Of a DNA stretch of 64,000 nt, positions 28,883 to 38,796 are shown one piece after another. The stretch's first letter is position 1, and every line of letters begins with the position of its first letter. A program made the translations under genes and the position numbers. The DNA comes from Candidatus Kaiserbacteria bacterium (lineage in GTDB: Bacteria > Patescibacteriota > Minisyncoccia > Phycocordibacterales > UBA918): positions 576,317 through 640,316 of the forward strand of contig CP064968.1 in the NCBI GenBank assembly GCA_016699245.1, read 5' to 3'. Below the pieces are notes generated by a model. The model had not been told where the DNA came from, made no database searches, and worked only from the letters and a program-made list of their open reading frames with translations.

Positions 28883-29278
28883 TTAGCCGAGCTTGAGCAC
28901 GGTAATCTTAAGGACTGCCTTACCTGCATGCGCATAGCCGAGTTGCTCGGCTCCCGCATACGACATATCCAACACGAAGTTGGGATCCTTGTGATATGGT
29001 CCGCGATCTTGCACTGTAACGACACTCGTCTTACCGTTTTGAGTATTCTTCACGAGAAGAATCGTACCGAGCGGCAGGGTTTTGTGTGCCACAACAGAGG
29101 GGTCATACATGTTGAACTTTTTACCGTTCGCCATACGTCGCCCATGAAACTGTTGCCCATACCACGTTGCTTTTTTTACCACAGTGTCGCCTACCGAGTA
29201 ACCTACTCCGTGTGCCGCACTAATACTGGCGAAAAAAGCAATGAGCGTGAGAACTTTTTTACCTACAAAGAACTTCAA
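28883..29278 (-). CDS. RlpA-like double-psi beta-barrel protein (septal ring lytic transglycosylase family)
   Basis: Signal peptide plus ATWYGQQFHGRRMANGKKFNMYDPSVVAHKTLPLGT...VQDRGPY, a typical RlpA DPBB signature. Confidence 0.7.
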   Translation of the reverse strand: MKFFVGKKVLTLIAFFASISAAHGVGYSVGDTVVKKATWYGQQFHGRRMANGKKFNMYDPSVVAHKTLPLGTILLVKNTQNGKTSVVTVQDRGPYHKDPNFVLDMSYAGAEQLGYAHAGKAVLKITVLKLG

Positions 29279-29484
29279 TGGTTTAATACCTCATAGTATA
29301 AAGGGTTTTGGCGCCACCATACGAACGTATGTACAGTGGAACGTCCGTTTTCAAGACGCACTAACTCCACACTTCTTACAAAACATCCAAAAATGGCTCA
29401 TATATTGGCCACAAGAGGACACATGAATGAATGTGTCAAAAAATCTGAATATTGTCGTCATCAAAACAATACGTGTCTTCTACA

Positions 29485-30216
29485 CTACCAAGGGAGTCGC
29501 TTACCTTTGTGTATTAGTTGGCCGTGTGGGAACTGGTCTCGAGGCATTGTCACAAGTTCAACGACTGTGGCTGCACCCTCGTCGACCTCCATTGGCGCGG
29601 CTTGAGTTCCGAGATCTGTCTTCACCCAGCCAGGATGGGCTGCTGCAACAGCGATTCCCTTGCTCTTTAGCGTCTTCGATTGAATTAGTGTGAGCATGTT
29701 GAGGCCTGCCTTAGATGTCGAGTATCCAACGCGCATAAAATCTGCAACGTACTCCCAGCTACTGTCTGCGGTATGCAGCGAGCCTAATGCTGACGAATGA
29801 TTAATTACTCGTGCGTCTTCACTACGCGAGAGAAGCAGTACCAGGGATTCTGTGATTGCGTAGGGAGCAATGAGGTTGACTTCAAGTGTGCGACGAATCT
29901 TATCTGCGTCGGTAGGCTCTCCATCCCACTCAAGTGCTATCCCGGCGTTATTCACGAGCACATCAAGCTTACCAAACGTTTTTTCGAGATAACTCACAAG
30001 GTTGACGATGTCATCAGAGTTGGTAACTTCGAGACGAACCGCATGAGCATCACAACCTGCAGCCACGAGTTCTGCAGCAGCTGTAGCGCCCGCCTGTTGG
30101 TCACGTGCTGTGAGAACAACCGTGTACCCGAGTACACCAAGCTGTCTCGCTATCTCCTTGCCCAGACCCTTGTTTGCTCCTGTAATGAGCGCAATCTTGT
30201 TATTCTTTATTATCAT
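29485..30216 (-). CDS. Short-chain dehydrogenase/reductase (SDR)
   Basis: N-terminal TGANKGLG Rossmann motif, NNAG, and catalytic YSTSK. Confidence 0.8.
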   Translation of the reverse strand: MIIKNNKIALITGANKGLGKEIARQLGVLGYTVVLTARDQQAGATAAAELVAAGCDAHAVRLEVTNSDDIVNLVSYLEKTFGKLDVLVNNAGIALEWDGEPTDADKIRRTLEVNLIAPYAITESLVLLLSRSEDARVINHSSALGSLHTADSSWEYVADFMRVGYSTSKAGLNMLTLIQSKTLKSKGIAVAAAHPGWVKTDLGTQAAPMEVDEGAATVVELVTMPRDQFPHGQLIHKGKRLPW

Positions 30217-30304
30217 GTATTGATTCTACATAATTTTTCCTCAGGAAACTACTATTACGTGCTGGCCGTCTGGGACGATATGAGAACTTATGTAACCACC
30301 CATT

Positions 30305-31228
30305 TCATCGAGATTGTGTACCCAGACATGCACGGAGATCTGCTGTCTCTGTCCAGCCACATTGACCACTTGCTTGACGTTCGCACACTGCACTCTGATA
30401 GCAAGCGTATTCCTCCCTGAACTCACATGTTGATGCCATATCCGGTTGATCCGAGCAGAGCTGTGAGGAACAGCCACCGCGGTAACATGTATCTGAAGGG
30501 TTTGTCACGATAGGTGCATCTTGTTTTACTACATTAAAATTAAAACGGTATTCTGTCTCTTCGACATCTATTTTTGAATTTTTTGGAGGAGTAACGTTTG
30601 TCAGTGTTATGCTCATTCCCTCCGTTGTAAACTCTTGGCCAAGTTCTACTATACTCGTGCTTGTGCCGGTACGTGAGACCACTTGAATTTTGAGACGCAC
30701 CGTTCCAGCCTGAATACAGGTTACGTCAACAGGACAACGACTATCTTCTTCTATAGAAAGTGGAAGGATAGATATTGATGTAAAGGTACCAAGTTCTCCC
30801 AATCTAAGACCAGTATCTGTATCTGGCGATACGGAAGGAATCTGAGGAATTTCCTCAGCAGACTCACATGTCTCCAAGTCAATAAAATCTACCGCGCTGG
30901 AGTTTCCTCGTTTGTATTCTCCTAGCAACGTAATTGTCCTATCATTTTTCAAGTAATAGCACTTCGCATCCAATATACCCGGCACCCCGCTTCCTCGCTG
31001 TATAAATCCAAAATACCAACCATCTCGACTTTGTTTAGACTCTATAGAACTCGGGGGCAAATCAGTAGTCTGATATACAGCTAATTGAGGATATTGTACG
31101 AGTATTGCATCGAGCGCTTCCTTTTCTCCGAGTACGCTTGTAGGCTGAGAATCAGGCTGTATGAACATCTTTACCAAAAGTATGATTAGTAAAACTAAGA
31201 TAAAGGTGGCGAGTATTTTTGTTTTCAT
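30305..31228 (-). CDS. Secreted protein with a Cys-rich C-terminal domain
   Basis: Signal/TM N-terminus. The C-terminal 60 aa contain 10 Cys. Confidence 0.5.
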   Translation of the reverse strand: MKTKILATFILVLLIILLVKMFIQPDSQPTSVLGEKEALDAILVQYPQLAVYQTTDLPPSSIESKQSRDGWYFGFIQRGSGVPGILDAKCYYLKNDRTITLLGEYKRGNSSAVDFIDLETCESAEEIPQIPSVSPDTDTGLRLGELGTFTSISILPLSIEEDSRCPVDVTCIQAGTVRLKIQVVSRTGTSTSIVELGQEFTTEGMSITLTNVTPPKNSKIDVEETEYRFNFNVVKQDAPIVTNPSDTCYRGGCSSQLCSDQPDMASTCEFREEYACYQSAVCERQASGQCGWTETADLRACLGTQSR

Positions 31229-31467
31229 ACCTTAGTATACATTTTTATTGACTGTCTGGGTGGGTTAGCTCCGAAGGTCTGACCCTTATCGCTGTCAAAG
31301 CCATTTGCTAGCCATCTGGGACGATATTTGAACGTATTTAGCACTCTCAACGTAAGTATGAACTTGGGTCTGAAAAGTTCGACTATCTGGAGAATTTAAA
31401 ATCCTATATAAAATAGAATAAGATAAGTGGAAATGTGGTCAGTGAACCGACCCTATTTCTTGTAGAC

Positions 31468-32193
31468 TTAGATGGTGGCTCCACTGGGGAGATTCATTTC
31501 AGATTTGTACTTCTCGATAACTTCAGGATGTTTGCCTTCTTTGCATTCTGCGACAAATGTATTCGCTTCTGCGCTGTCGGGGAATGTCATATAGGAAAGG
31601 GCTCCTTCGCATATGACGTCCGCGTTTAATTTTCCAGAAACATGAGTCTGCCCATTAAATGCTTTAAGCGCGTTGGATTCTACAATACGCTCTGCTTCCT
31701 CATATCCCTCATGGTAATCAAAGTTCCAGCGCGGAGGAAGCGCGAATACGTAAAGATTATTTCTTCCTAGTTCAGTTGCGAGTATAGGAGCAGCTGATAC
31801 AGAAAAATCTTCAGCGATGTATGAATCCCATTGAGCCAAGGTGAAAACCATGACAGGAATATCTTCATACGGAAGTGTTGCGGTCCACTTTGGATTTCGG
31901 ATCAAAAGTGTAACCCCTGTTTGTGTACTTTCCGTGGACGTTAAGGGATTCCCTTCCCACGTGTTTTCTACAATGGAATATCCTTCCCAGTTTTGAGGGA
32001 GTGAAAAGGTAAATCCGAAGTCAGTATTGCTATATACGATAGAGGTGCTCGAAGCAGTGGGTTCCTGTACCGGCACTGTTACTTTATTTTTGTCACGAAG
32101 AGAATATCCTACTATTCCTAATACCATCAGACTTACGACGACGAGTAGTATAGAGATTATTTTGTTGCTTTTCATGTCTAAAGTGTACCACAA
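31468..32193 (-). CDS. Secreted hypothetical protein
   Basis: N-terminal TM/signal. No recognised motif. Confidence 0.5.
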   Translation of the reverse strand: MWYTLDMKSNKIISILLVVVSLMVLGIVGYSLRDKNKVTVPVQEPTASSTSIVYSNTDFGFTFSLPQNWEGYSIVENTWEGNPLTSTESTQTGVTLLIRNPKWTATLPYEDIPVMVFTLAQWDSYIAEDFSVSAAPILATELGRNNLYVFALPPRWNFDYHEGYEEAERIVESNALKAFNGQTHVSGKLNADVICEGALSYMTFPDSAEANTFVAECKEGKHPEVIEKYKSEMNLPSGATI

Positions 32194-32462
32194 AAAACAA
32201 TATCATTTTAGTTGTGTCAAGGCTGCGGGCCATCTGGGACGATGTTCGAACTTTTGTATTTAATGAATCTACTGTATAGTCACACTTGAGTGCTTGGATT
32301 ACCAATCTCTATGTCCGGTGTCGACAACAGGTTGAGAGCACAAGTAAACCTGCTGCCCACAGCCACGACAAACGACGGCCGTAACTATAACGGTCATCTG
32401 GTGTCCAAGCACTCACCCGCCACCTTTAATGGTGGCTTTTTCTTTCATAAAACGAGCTGGCC

Positions 32463-33038
32463 TTATGGGAGGATGTTAGAACCATCCTTCTCTAGAAAAT
32501 CTTTAATCTGCAGATTAGTCATTGGCGCTGATATTTTTCCAGAAAGATACTTTATCGTAACCACATGATGCTCCTCATCCCATGAATTGATACAATCCAA
32601 AGCAAGGATCACCTCGTAATCTCTCTGATATGCATCTATTACTGCCATTCTGACGCATGCATGCGTATTGATCCCTGATATGATGAGTGTATCTATTCCA
32701 AGCGCCTGAAGCATCTCATCAAGGTTAGTTTTATAGAACGGACTATACCTCCTTTTAATAATTTCTAAATCGTACGTCTGATGGTCAAGACCATCCAAAA
32801 GCTTGCTCCCTTCAGTTCCAGCAACAACAAATCTCTTACCTAATTTGCGATCGCCTATGAAGGCATCACTTCCATCAGGTTTCATTTCCTGCCTGACCCA
32901 AATGATCGGTACGCCATGCTCCCGTATTATTCCAGACAGAATATTTATCTTTGGAACTAAATCACTTTGAATTGCATTAAGTTCTACTGACTCAAAAAAA
33001 TCCTTTTGAAGATCAATGATGAGTAAAGCTGGTTTCAT
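32463..33038 (-). CDS. Isochorismatase-family cysteine hydrolase
   Basis: ALLIIDLQKDF (the catalytic Asp region), and a GINTHACV region containing the catalytic Cys. Confidence 0.7.
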   Translation of the reverse strand: MKPALLIIDLQKDFFESVELNAIQSDLVPKINILSGIIREHGVPIIWVRQEMKPDGSDAFIGDRKLGKRFVVAGTEGSKLLDGLDHQTYDLEIIKRRYSPFYKTNLDEMLQALGIDTLIISGINTHACVRMAVIDAYQRDYEVILALDCINSWDEEHHVVTIKYLSGKISAPMTNLQIKDFLEKDGSNILP

Positions 33039-33179
33039 ATTGCGTTAAGTGTATCAAAGTTCAAAAGTAAAACTCTTGATCTAATTCAACCTCAAATAAG
33101 GCTGGATGACGTGCTGGCCATCTGGGACGATGTTCGAACTTTTTTACAAACTAATCATTTCGTATACTATAATTAAGAA

Positions 33180-33977
33180 ATGAAAACTTGGCTGATTGGA
33201 AGCGACTTGGATGGAACACTGATCTATCCAGATAATTCTCCTGAAGTAAATCTGGGTACAAAAGCTTTTAACTTAATAATCCAAAAGCATAGAGAATCAC
33301 ATACTTTAGCCTACGTAACTGGCCGTCACCTTGAAAGAGCTAAAGAAGGAGTAAAAGAAGCTGGTCTTATTGAGCCAGATTTTTATATCTGTGATGTCGG
33401 AACCACTATCTATGAACAAAATGTCTTAACTGGAGCTTTTTCTCTTGACCAAGTTTATAGGGATCAACTTACAAAATCTTGGCAAGAAACCACAAAAGAC
33501 AAATTGATTGATTGGCTACAAAATTTTCCTTTCCTTACCCTACAAGAAGATAATAGACAGGGTGAATTTAAACTGTGTTACTACGTTTCTTCCGACATTG
33601 AGCGTGAATCATTTGAAAATTCTGTTATTAAACAGATAACAGAGGAATTTAAACTTCAAGCGATATACAGCACTGACCCAAATAATAATATTGGCTACTT
33701 AGATATCCTTCCTAAAGGAGCATCTAAAGAATCTGCATTAAACTTTCTAGCTCAAAAGACTAATATTTCTAAAGATAGAATTGTCTATGCTGGAGACAGT
33801 GGTAACGACTTAGCTGTCTGCAAAGCGGGAATAAAATTTATCATTCCTCAAAAAGCCAGTGAGGAAGTTAATTCTTTTTTCTTATCACCAGAAAATTCTA
33901 GTTGTATTTATTATAAGGTTACAGAGCCCTTTTGCTTTGGTTTACTTGAAGGACTCCGTTACTTTAAAGTCTTTTAG
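33180..33977 (+). CDS. HAD-IIB family hydrolase (sucrose-phosphatase / Cof-like)
   Basis: DLDGTL motif I, and motif III/IV YAGDSGNDLAV. A TTTACA-17 nt-ACTATAAT promoter-like sequence lies between motif copy 4 and the ATG. Confidence 0.7.
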   Translation: MKTWLIGSDLDGTLIYPDNSPEVNLGTKAFNLIIQKHRESHTLAYVTGRHLERAKEGVKEAGLIEPDFYICDVGTTIYEQNVLTGAFSLDQVYRDQLTKSWQETTKDKLIDWLQNFPFLTLQEDNRQGEFKLCYYVSSDIERESFENSVIKQITEEFKLQAIYSTDPNNNIGYLDILPKGASKESALNFLAQKTNISKDRIVYAGDSGNDLAVCKAGIKFIIPQKASEEVNSFFLSPENSSCIYYKVTEPFCFGLLEGLRYFKVF

Positions 33978-34196
33978 AAAATCTATAGTTGTATTGCTGG
34001 CCGTCTGGGACGATGTTAGAACTTTTTATACAACAAAAAAGTAAATATTTGCAAAATGCGTTACAATTAAAACTATATGGGCAGAAAAAAGAATGTAACT
34101 TGCACATCGGTATTCTAGGTATGCGGATTTCTCTTTTTTTTATATGCGAAATTTTGGTCCACCTCACTATCAATCCAGTCATGGGCAGAAGTCTCA

Positions 34197-34472
34197 ATGC
34201 CAATAACAGCTTATCTGTCGAGTACTGTTGTTATAGCGATGATGCTTTGGTTTGCTATGCAAAGAAGTAATAGTGTATGGCAAAAGACTGTATGGATACT
34301 TTTCGTAGCATTAATCATCGGTGGAGTTGGAAGCTATGTATGGAGAGGCAACACACTAGTAAATCAGTGCACATCACAAGGTGGAATACTTGACCAGCAA
34401 AATAAAGTTACTTCTTTTAATTTCAAATGCGAGCAAGTTGGCACAAATAAAATATTGCCTCTTGTGAATTAA
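34197..34472 (+). CDS. Small membrane protein
   Basis: 91 aa with two TM helices. Confidence 0.4.
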   Translation: MPITAYLSSTVVIAMMLWFAMQRSNSVWQKTVWILFVALIIGGVGSYVWRGNTLVNQCTSQGGILDQQNKVTSFNFKCEQVGTNKILPLVN

Positions 34473-34527
34473 TATTATGTTAGAAGACTAAAAAGCGATT
34501 GCTGGCCGTCTGGGACGATGTGAGAAC

Positions 34528-35004
34528 TTATTTAACAAGTTCAAGAGCGACTGATGCATAGCGATATACATCATCACGTAAACGTTCATCGTTTGTATGC
34601 ATTTGATTTAATTCTTCTTTTGTTACCCAAACACACTGAGCATTTTTACTTGCCTCCTCTTGGGGTTTTATTTCACGACTATTCGACTTTGCAAAAAAAA
34701 TAAAGGAGGAATGGTCGTGGTGCTCGTTAATTGAATGTCTATTAACAAAGATCGGTGGTACCAAATCTTTATTGATGTCAAAGTCTTGTTTGGTCCACGT
34801 ACTTGGTCCGATCAATTCGACTTTCAAACCAACCTCCTCCCAAACTTCTCGAAGTACTGCCTCATTAATATCTTCTCCTGGATCCACATGACCACCTGGA
34901 GCAATCCAGAAATTATATTTTTCGTGTAAACGTAAAAGCACGGCTTTGTCGTTCACGATATACGCATCAGTACAAAGATCGACATAATAATTTAAATGAG
35001 CCAT
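34528..35004 (-). CDS. NUDIX hydrolase
   Basis: Nudix box GGHVDPGEDINEAVLREVWEEVGL. Confidence 0.75.
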   Translation of the reverse strand: MAHLNYYVDLCTDAYIVNDKAVLLRLHEKYNFWIAPGGHVDPGEDINEAVLREVWEEVGLKVELIGPSTWTKQDFDINKDLVPPIFVNRHSINEHHDHSSFIFFAKSNSREIKPQEEASKNAQCVWVTKEELNQMHTNDERLRDDVYRYASVALELVK

Positions 35005-35070
35005 ATCAAAAGTATACCAGACCTTCGACTTGAACCAATTTTTTATTGAAAGGTATGGCTAAAATAAAGA

Positions 35071-35089
35071 GCTGCCGATCAGGGACTCG
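35071..35089 (+). repeat. 19-nt exact copy of the tRNA-Gln 3' end (attR-like direct repeat)
   Basis: gctgccgatcagggactcg is identical to 44643-44661. An inverted partial copy lies at 35196-35207, and a GAACAGTCCCCCGGACTGTT-type palindromic module at 35161-35183. Confidence 0.7.
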
Positions 35090-35538
35090 GTCACGAATCA
35101 CTAAGTATATTTGTTCGTCTACGACTCCAAATCTACTAAGTGTTCTCGACCCCGGCGGGTAAAACAGTCCCCCGGACTGTTTTCTTCCGCCTTTCGAGTC
35201 CCTAGGCAACAAACACAAAAATAACCGACTTTTGTCGGTTATTTTTGTGTTAGCTGGCAGCCTTGGACGATTTACGAACGCCAAAGTGGGTAGATTTGGT
35301 GGAATACCCCTCTCTCACACTCCAAGATATCCTTGAATTTACTCACTAATTCAGACAGAGAGGTTGAAGGGCCTAGAGTGATGAATGCTGATTACTATAC
35401 AAATTCGTAACTTTGCGGGGGTTTTTTCATTTACTTTCGAACTTTTGTTTTTGAGTGGGGGTACCCCCCGAATTGACCCCACACGTCTTGCACAAAGTAC
35501 CCAACTATAGATGGAGAAAAAAATCTGGTAAATTTTGG

Positions 35539-35544
35539 TATAAT
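35539..35544 (+). promoter_or_regulatory. Extended -10 element TGgTATAAT, 7 nt upstream of the ATG
   Basis: tggtataat directly precedes the start codon at 35551. Confidence 0.4.
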
Positions 35545-35550
35545 TTCTAT

Positions 35551-36534
35551 ATGGAAAAACCAAAAATATCAAATGTCGAACATAATCAAAATTTAAGTAA
35601 CATTCATCAATTGGATGAGGCTGTGAGGCAATTATATAGTAAGCCTGAGAACGACGAAGAGCTTGTGGAGCGAGTTAGGATTCTGAAAGAGATCCCTGAA
35701 AATTTAAATACACCTAAGGTGCTTGTTAAACTCGGTGACCCTACAAAGGCAGACAAGTTTATATATATGCACGATGATGAGGGGAAGGAGTATCTTATCG
35801 CACTACCCATAAACAAGATGGATTATCATAGGCAGATAGCGAATTTTGCGAGGAAGCTCTATGGAAAAGATTTTAAAGTCGATGGTGGTGGGTATCTAAG
35901 TGTGCGTGATGGCAATCTTGTTGTGCATGGTAGTTCTGGATCATACGGAAATTTTCCCCCTCGCGTTGTGTCAATTTTAAAGGAATCATTTCCAGACATT
36001 AATGTAGTTGATGAATCTCCATCTATTGTTGAACAAGATAAGATAAACAAGGAGCACAAAGCAGTTCTTGAGTCTATTGAAGATCCAGTTCAATCTGAAT
36101 TGTATTCTGTAGTAACGGGAGATCTTGGTACGAAAATGGGGTACGACTCCACGACACTTCCGCGTCCAGTTGATAATGCTGACGAGATGTCACATATGAT
36201 ATACAGAAGTGAAAATGGTGGTTCCTTTGGAGTCGACACGCTTTTTGTGGCTCGAAGAAAGGAAGACCACACGTTAGCAGTTAATGAAGTAGCTGTTACA
36301 CGATGGGCTATTCATGATGTGAGTGCACGAGCAGAGGGAGATACGATTATATTTGAGTTCACCACTAACGGCGAAAAGCAGGTACTATCTTTACCTATGA
36401 GTGAAGTCGACAAGAGAGAAGCTTATACGGACTTAAATGAACCAGAGAAAATCATTCTCAAAATGTATAAAGACAACCAAGCTATCTACAATACTGGGAC
36501 AAAACCAAAAATAATGCACGGCTCAGCACACTAA
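35551..36534 (+). CDS. Hypothetical protein (328 aa), divergent from the vWA/AAA+ operon
   Basis: No recognised motif. Start placed at MEKPKISN. Confidence 0.55.
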   Translation: MEKPKISNVEHNQNLSNIHQLDEAVRQLYSKPENDEELVERVRILKEIPENLNTPKVLVKLGDPTKADKFIYMHDDEGKEYLIALPINKMDYHRQIANFARKLYGKDFKVDGGGYLSVRDGNLVVHGSSGSYGNFPPRVVSILKESFPDINVVDESPSIVEQDKINKEHKAVLESIEDPVQSELYSVVTGDLGTKMGYDSTTLPRPVDNADEMSHMIYRSENGGSFGVDTLFVARRKEDHTLAVNEVAVTRWAIHDVSARAEGDTIIFEFTTNGEKQVLSLPMSEVDKREAYTDLNEPEKIILKMYKDNQAIYNTGTKPKIMHGSAH

Positions 36535-36546
36535 TTAATTAGTGTG

Positions 36547-38796
36547 CTATATCTTTACTCCTCCAAGGTACTTCTTAAGAGCTTCGGAGAGCACTGGGAG
36601 TAGTTTTTGCATATCCACGCCAACAACCATTCCGCGTTTCTCATTCTCATCACTATTCCATGCATAGTTAAATGCTCTTTCTTCAGATCTACCGACTTGA
36701 CCGATCTGAAATGCGCTCGCATGAACACCAACTTCCACCATTTTTTTAACTGCTTCTTGAGTTGCTCCAGCATCGCTTGATCCACCGTCTGTAATCTCGA
36801 AGAGTATATCTAGAATCTTCCCTTGTTGTATTCTTTGTTTACTCACTTCATCTTGAGTTTCGAGTATATGATTTAAAGCGACATGATCATAGGTGTTTCC
36901 ATTTTCAGCACCAGACTGCTTCAATGTATTAAGAATCTCAATCGTCGGGTCTTCTTCTCCACTTTCTGAATCAAGCTTCTTGATGATCGATAAAGTATTA
37001 CTGAATCCGAGTACCTGTGTTTCGACTTTGAGCTTTGAACCTGTACTACCTCGAGTAAGATTGAGCATCTCGTTAAATTGTTGAAGCGATCTGAGAATGA
37101 GAACTAGGGTCTTGGCAAGCACATTTTGCTTCGTTTCATCATCCATTGAACCTGATTTGTCCACCACAAGACGAACCCTAATGACCTCGGGCTTTTCAAC
37201 TGTAGATTCCTTCGTTATCACCTTATCGTATATTCTTGGCGAGGACTGACCTGCATAGATTGCCCCCATATTGTCTATGACGGAGTCGATATTTAAGTCA
37301 AAACCAGATGAGTGTGCACTATCTCTTGTGTGTGTAATTTCAATCGAACTTCCCGTAATGATATTTTGCCACAACTCAGTAAGATCATTCAGATACGGAA
37401 GAATACTCTCCTCAATCCTTCGGAGAGAACGCAATTCTTGATATATGTTTCTACCTTGAATTTCGTGCTGGTTTGCCCAATCTTTGTCTAAGTTTTCCTG
37501 AAAGGCACGTTCACTCTTCGGTTGTTCTTTTACTTTTCCATCCTTCTGAGCGTCTTTTGCCTTTTCTTCCTCTTTACGTTCAGTAAATTTCTTTATCTCG
37601 TCCTCATTGAGTTGATCAGGGCTTTGTGATTCAAACTTTTCATGAATATTTGACCACTCTTTAAATTTTTGCTCTTGTCGCTCTTTTGACGAAGTTCCAG
37701 TTGAATTAGTATTTTGTTGCTCGTTACTAGCAGTACCATCTGATTTTTTGTCCTCATTTCCGCTACCACTTTGTGACTTATCCGTCCCTTGATCCTCAGG
37801 ATTCTTATTTTCTGACTGACCTTTATCTTCAGTACTTTCTTGATTTTTCTGTTCAGGACTTTCATTACCCTGATTTTGTTCTTGCCCATTATCTTGGTTA
37901 GGATTGGATCCGTCATTCTTCTTATCCTCAGGATTTGAATCCTTATTCTCGTTAACATCCTTTTGTATCAAAGCTTCGTATATTGGTTGGATATACCTCT
38001 TTAAGTACTCATGTCGTGCTGACGCTTTTGCATCAGTTCGACCTGGAACCATAAAAGTATGGATGAGTGACTCCACGTCATATTCTTTATTGCCGACAGT
38101 AATTTGGGTATCTAGTGCCTCTCTCACCTCAGCATCTACAACAATTTCCTCGCTAGGGAGCATGGCTTTCCGAAGTAGATAATATGCAAACTGAAGATGT
38201 CGGGGGATTTGTGAAATTGAACCATCGTCTCCTTGTACATTAGTAAAATCTGAATCTTTAAATAATTTTTCTCGGTACAAATCTTCCACATGCTTTCCAC
38301 CTTGTCTTTTGCTTTCGTAATAACTTGCCCGTCTTGATACCACTTTATTTACATAGACATCATCCAAACAGTTGAATAACGTGTGGTACGTCTTATAGGC
38401 AAGTTGCGGATCCATCTCTGTTTCCTTTGAAAGTGTATCCGCCTTTCCTTTCATGTATTCAAAACTCGCAAGCAATCCTTCTTTGTCAGTAGCAAAATCT
38501 CTAAAATGTGAAAGTTCATGAAATACTGCCCAGAGTATTTGCTCTTTATTGTACCCTCGTTCAAAAAACCATTTGCTGTCGAGTTGTACGACCCCATTCT
38601 CGTAATCAATAAGAAATTGGTCCTCCATTTTGAATCTGAGCGAGACATCCTCGGCAAAGGAGTTGAGGAGTCTTCTGTGGCTATTCACAAAATCCTCACC
38701 CTGCTTTTTATAGGCTTCAATTTCCATCTCTACAGATGGTCGTTTTATTTGATCTATCGAATTGAATTTAAACTTTGGAGGCATATTAATAACCAC
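36547..38796 (-). CDS. von Willebrand factor A domain protein with an N-terminal HExxH zincin-like region and an acidic low-complexity linker
   Basis: FHELSHF near residue 90. A ~110-aa N/Q/E/K-rich linker. C-terminal vWA with MIDAS motif VVDKSGSMDD. It overlaps the upstream AAA+ gene by 11 nt, consistent with one operon. Confidence 0.7.
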   Translation of the reverse strand: MVINMPPKFKFNSIDQIKRPSVEMEIEAYKKQGEDFVNSHRRLLNSFAEDVSLRFKMEDQFLIDYENGVVQLDSKWFFERGYNKEQILWAVFHELSHFRDFATDKEGLLASFEYMKGKADTLSKETEMDPQLAYKTYHTLFNCLDDVYVNKVVSRRASYYESKRQGGKHVEDLYREKLFKDSDFTNVQGDDGSISQIPRHLQFAYYLLRKAMLPSEEIVVDAEVREALDTQITVGNKEYDVESLIHTFMVPGRTDAKASARHEYLKRYIQPIYEALIQKDVNENKDSNPEDKKNDGSNPNQDNGQEQNQGNESPEQKNQESTEDKGQSENKNPEDQGTDKSQSGSGNEDKKSDGTASNEQQNTNSTGTSSKERQEQKFKEWSNIHEKFESQSPDQLNEDEIKKFTERKEEEKAKDAQKDGKVKEQPKSERAFQENLDKDWANQHEIQGRNIYQELRSLRRIEESILPYLNDLTELWQNIITGSSIEITHTRDSAHSSGFDLNIDSVIDNMGAIYAGQSSPRIYDKVITKESTVEKPEVIRVRLVVDKSGSMDDETKQNVLAKTLVLILRSLQQFNEMLNLTRGSTGSKLKVETQVLGFSNTLSIIKKLDSESGEEDPTIEILNTLKQSGAENGNTYDHVALNHILETQDEVSKQRIQQGKILDILFEITDGGSSDAGATQEAVKKMVEVGVHASAFQIGQVGRSEERAFNYAWNSDENEKRGMVVGVDMQKLLPVLSEALKKYLGGVKI

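Larger units (their letters stand above)
30261..35280 (+). repeat. Seven co-oriented copies of a ~30-bp motif GCTGGCCRTCTGGGACGATRTKMGAACTT, one in each intergenic gap
   Basis: Copies at 30261-30289, 31311-31338, 32227-32255, 33112-33142, 33995-34026, 34501-34530 and 35253-35280 (the last is degenerate). All read in the same orientation, although the flanking genes point both ways. Confidence 0.8.

Noticed and set aside
30217-35290. Classical integron (intI plus attI plus attC array)
   Set aside because: No tyrosine recombinase gene is present within or beside the array, and no attC-like inverted-repeat partner of the 30-bp motif could be seen by eye. It is kept only as a cassette-array-like hypothesis.
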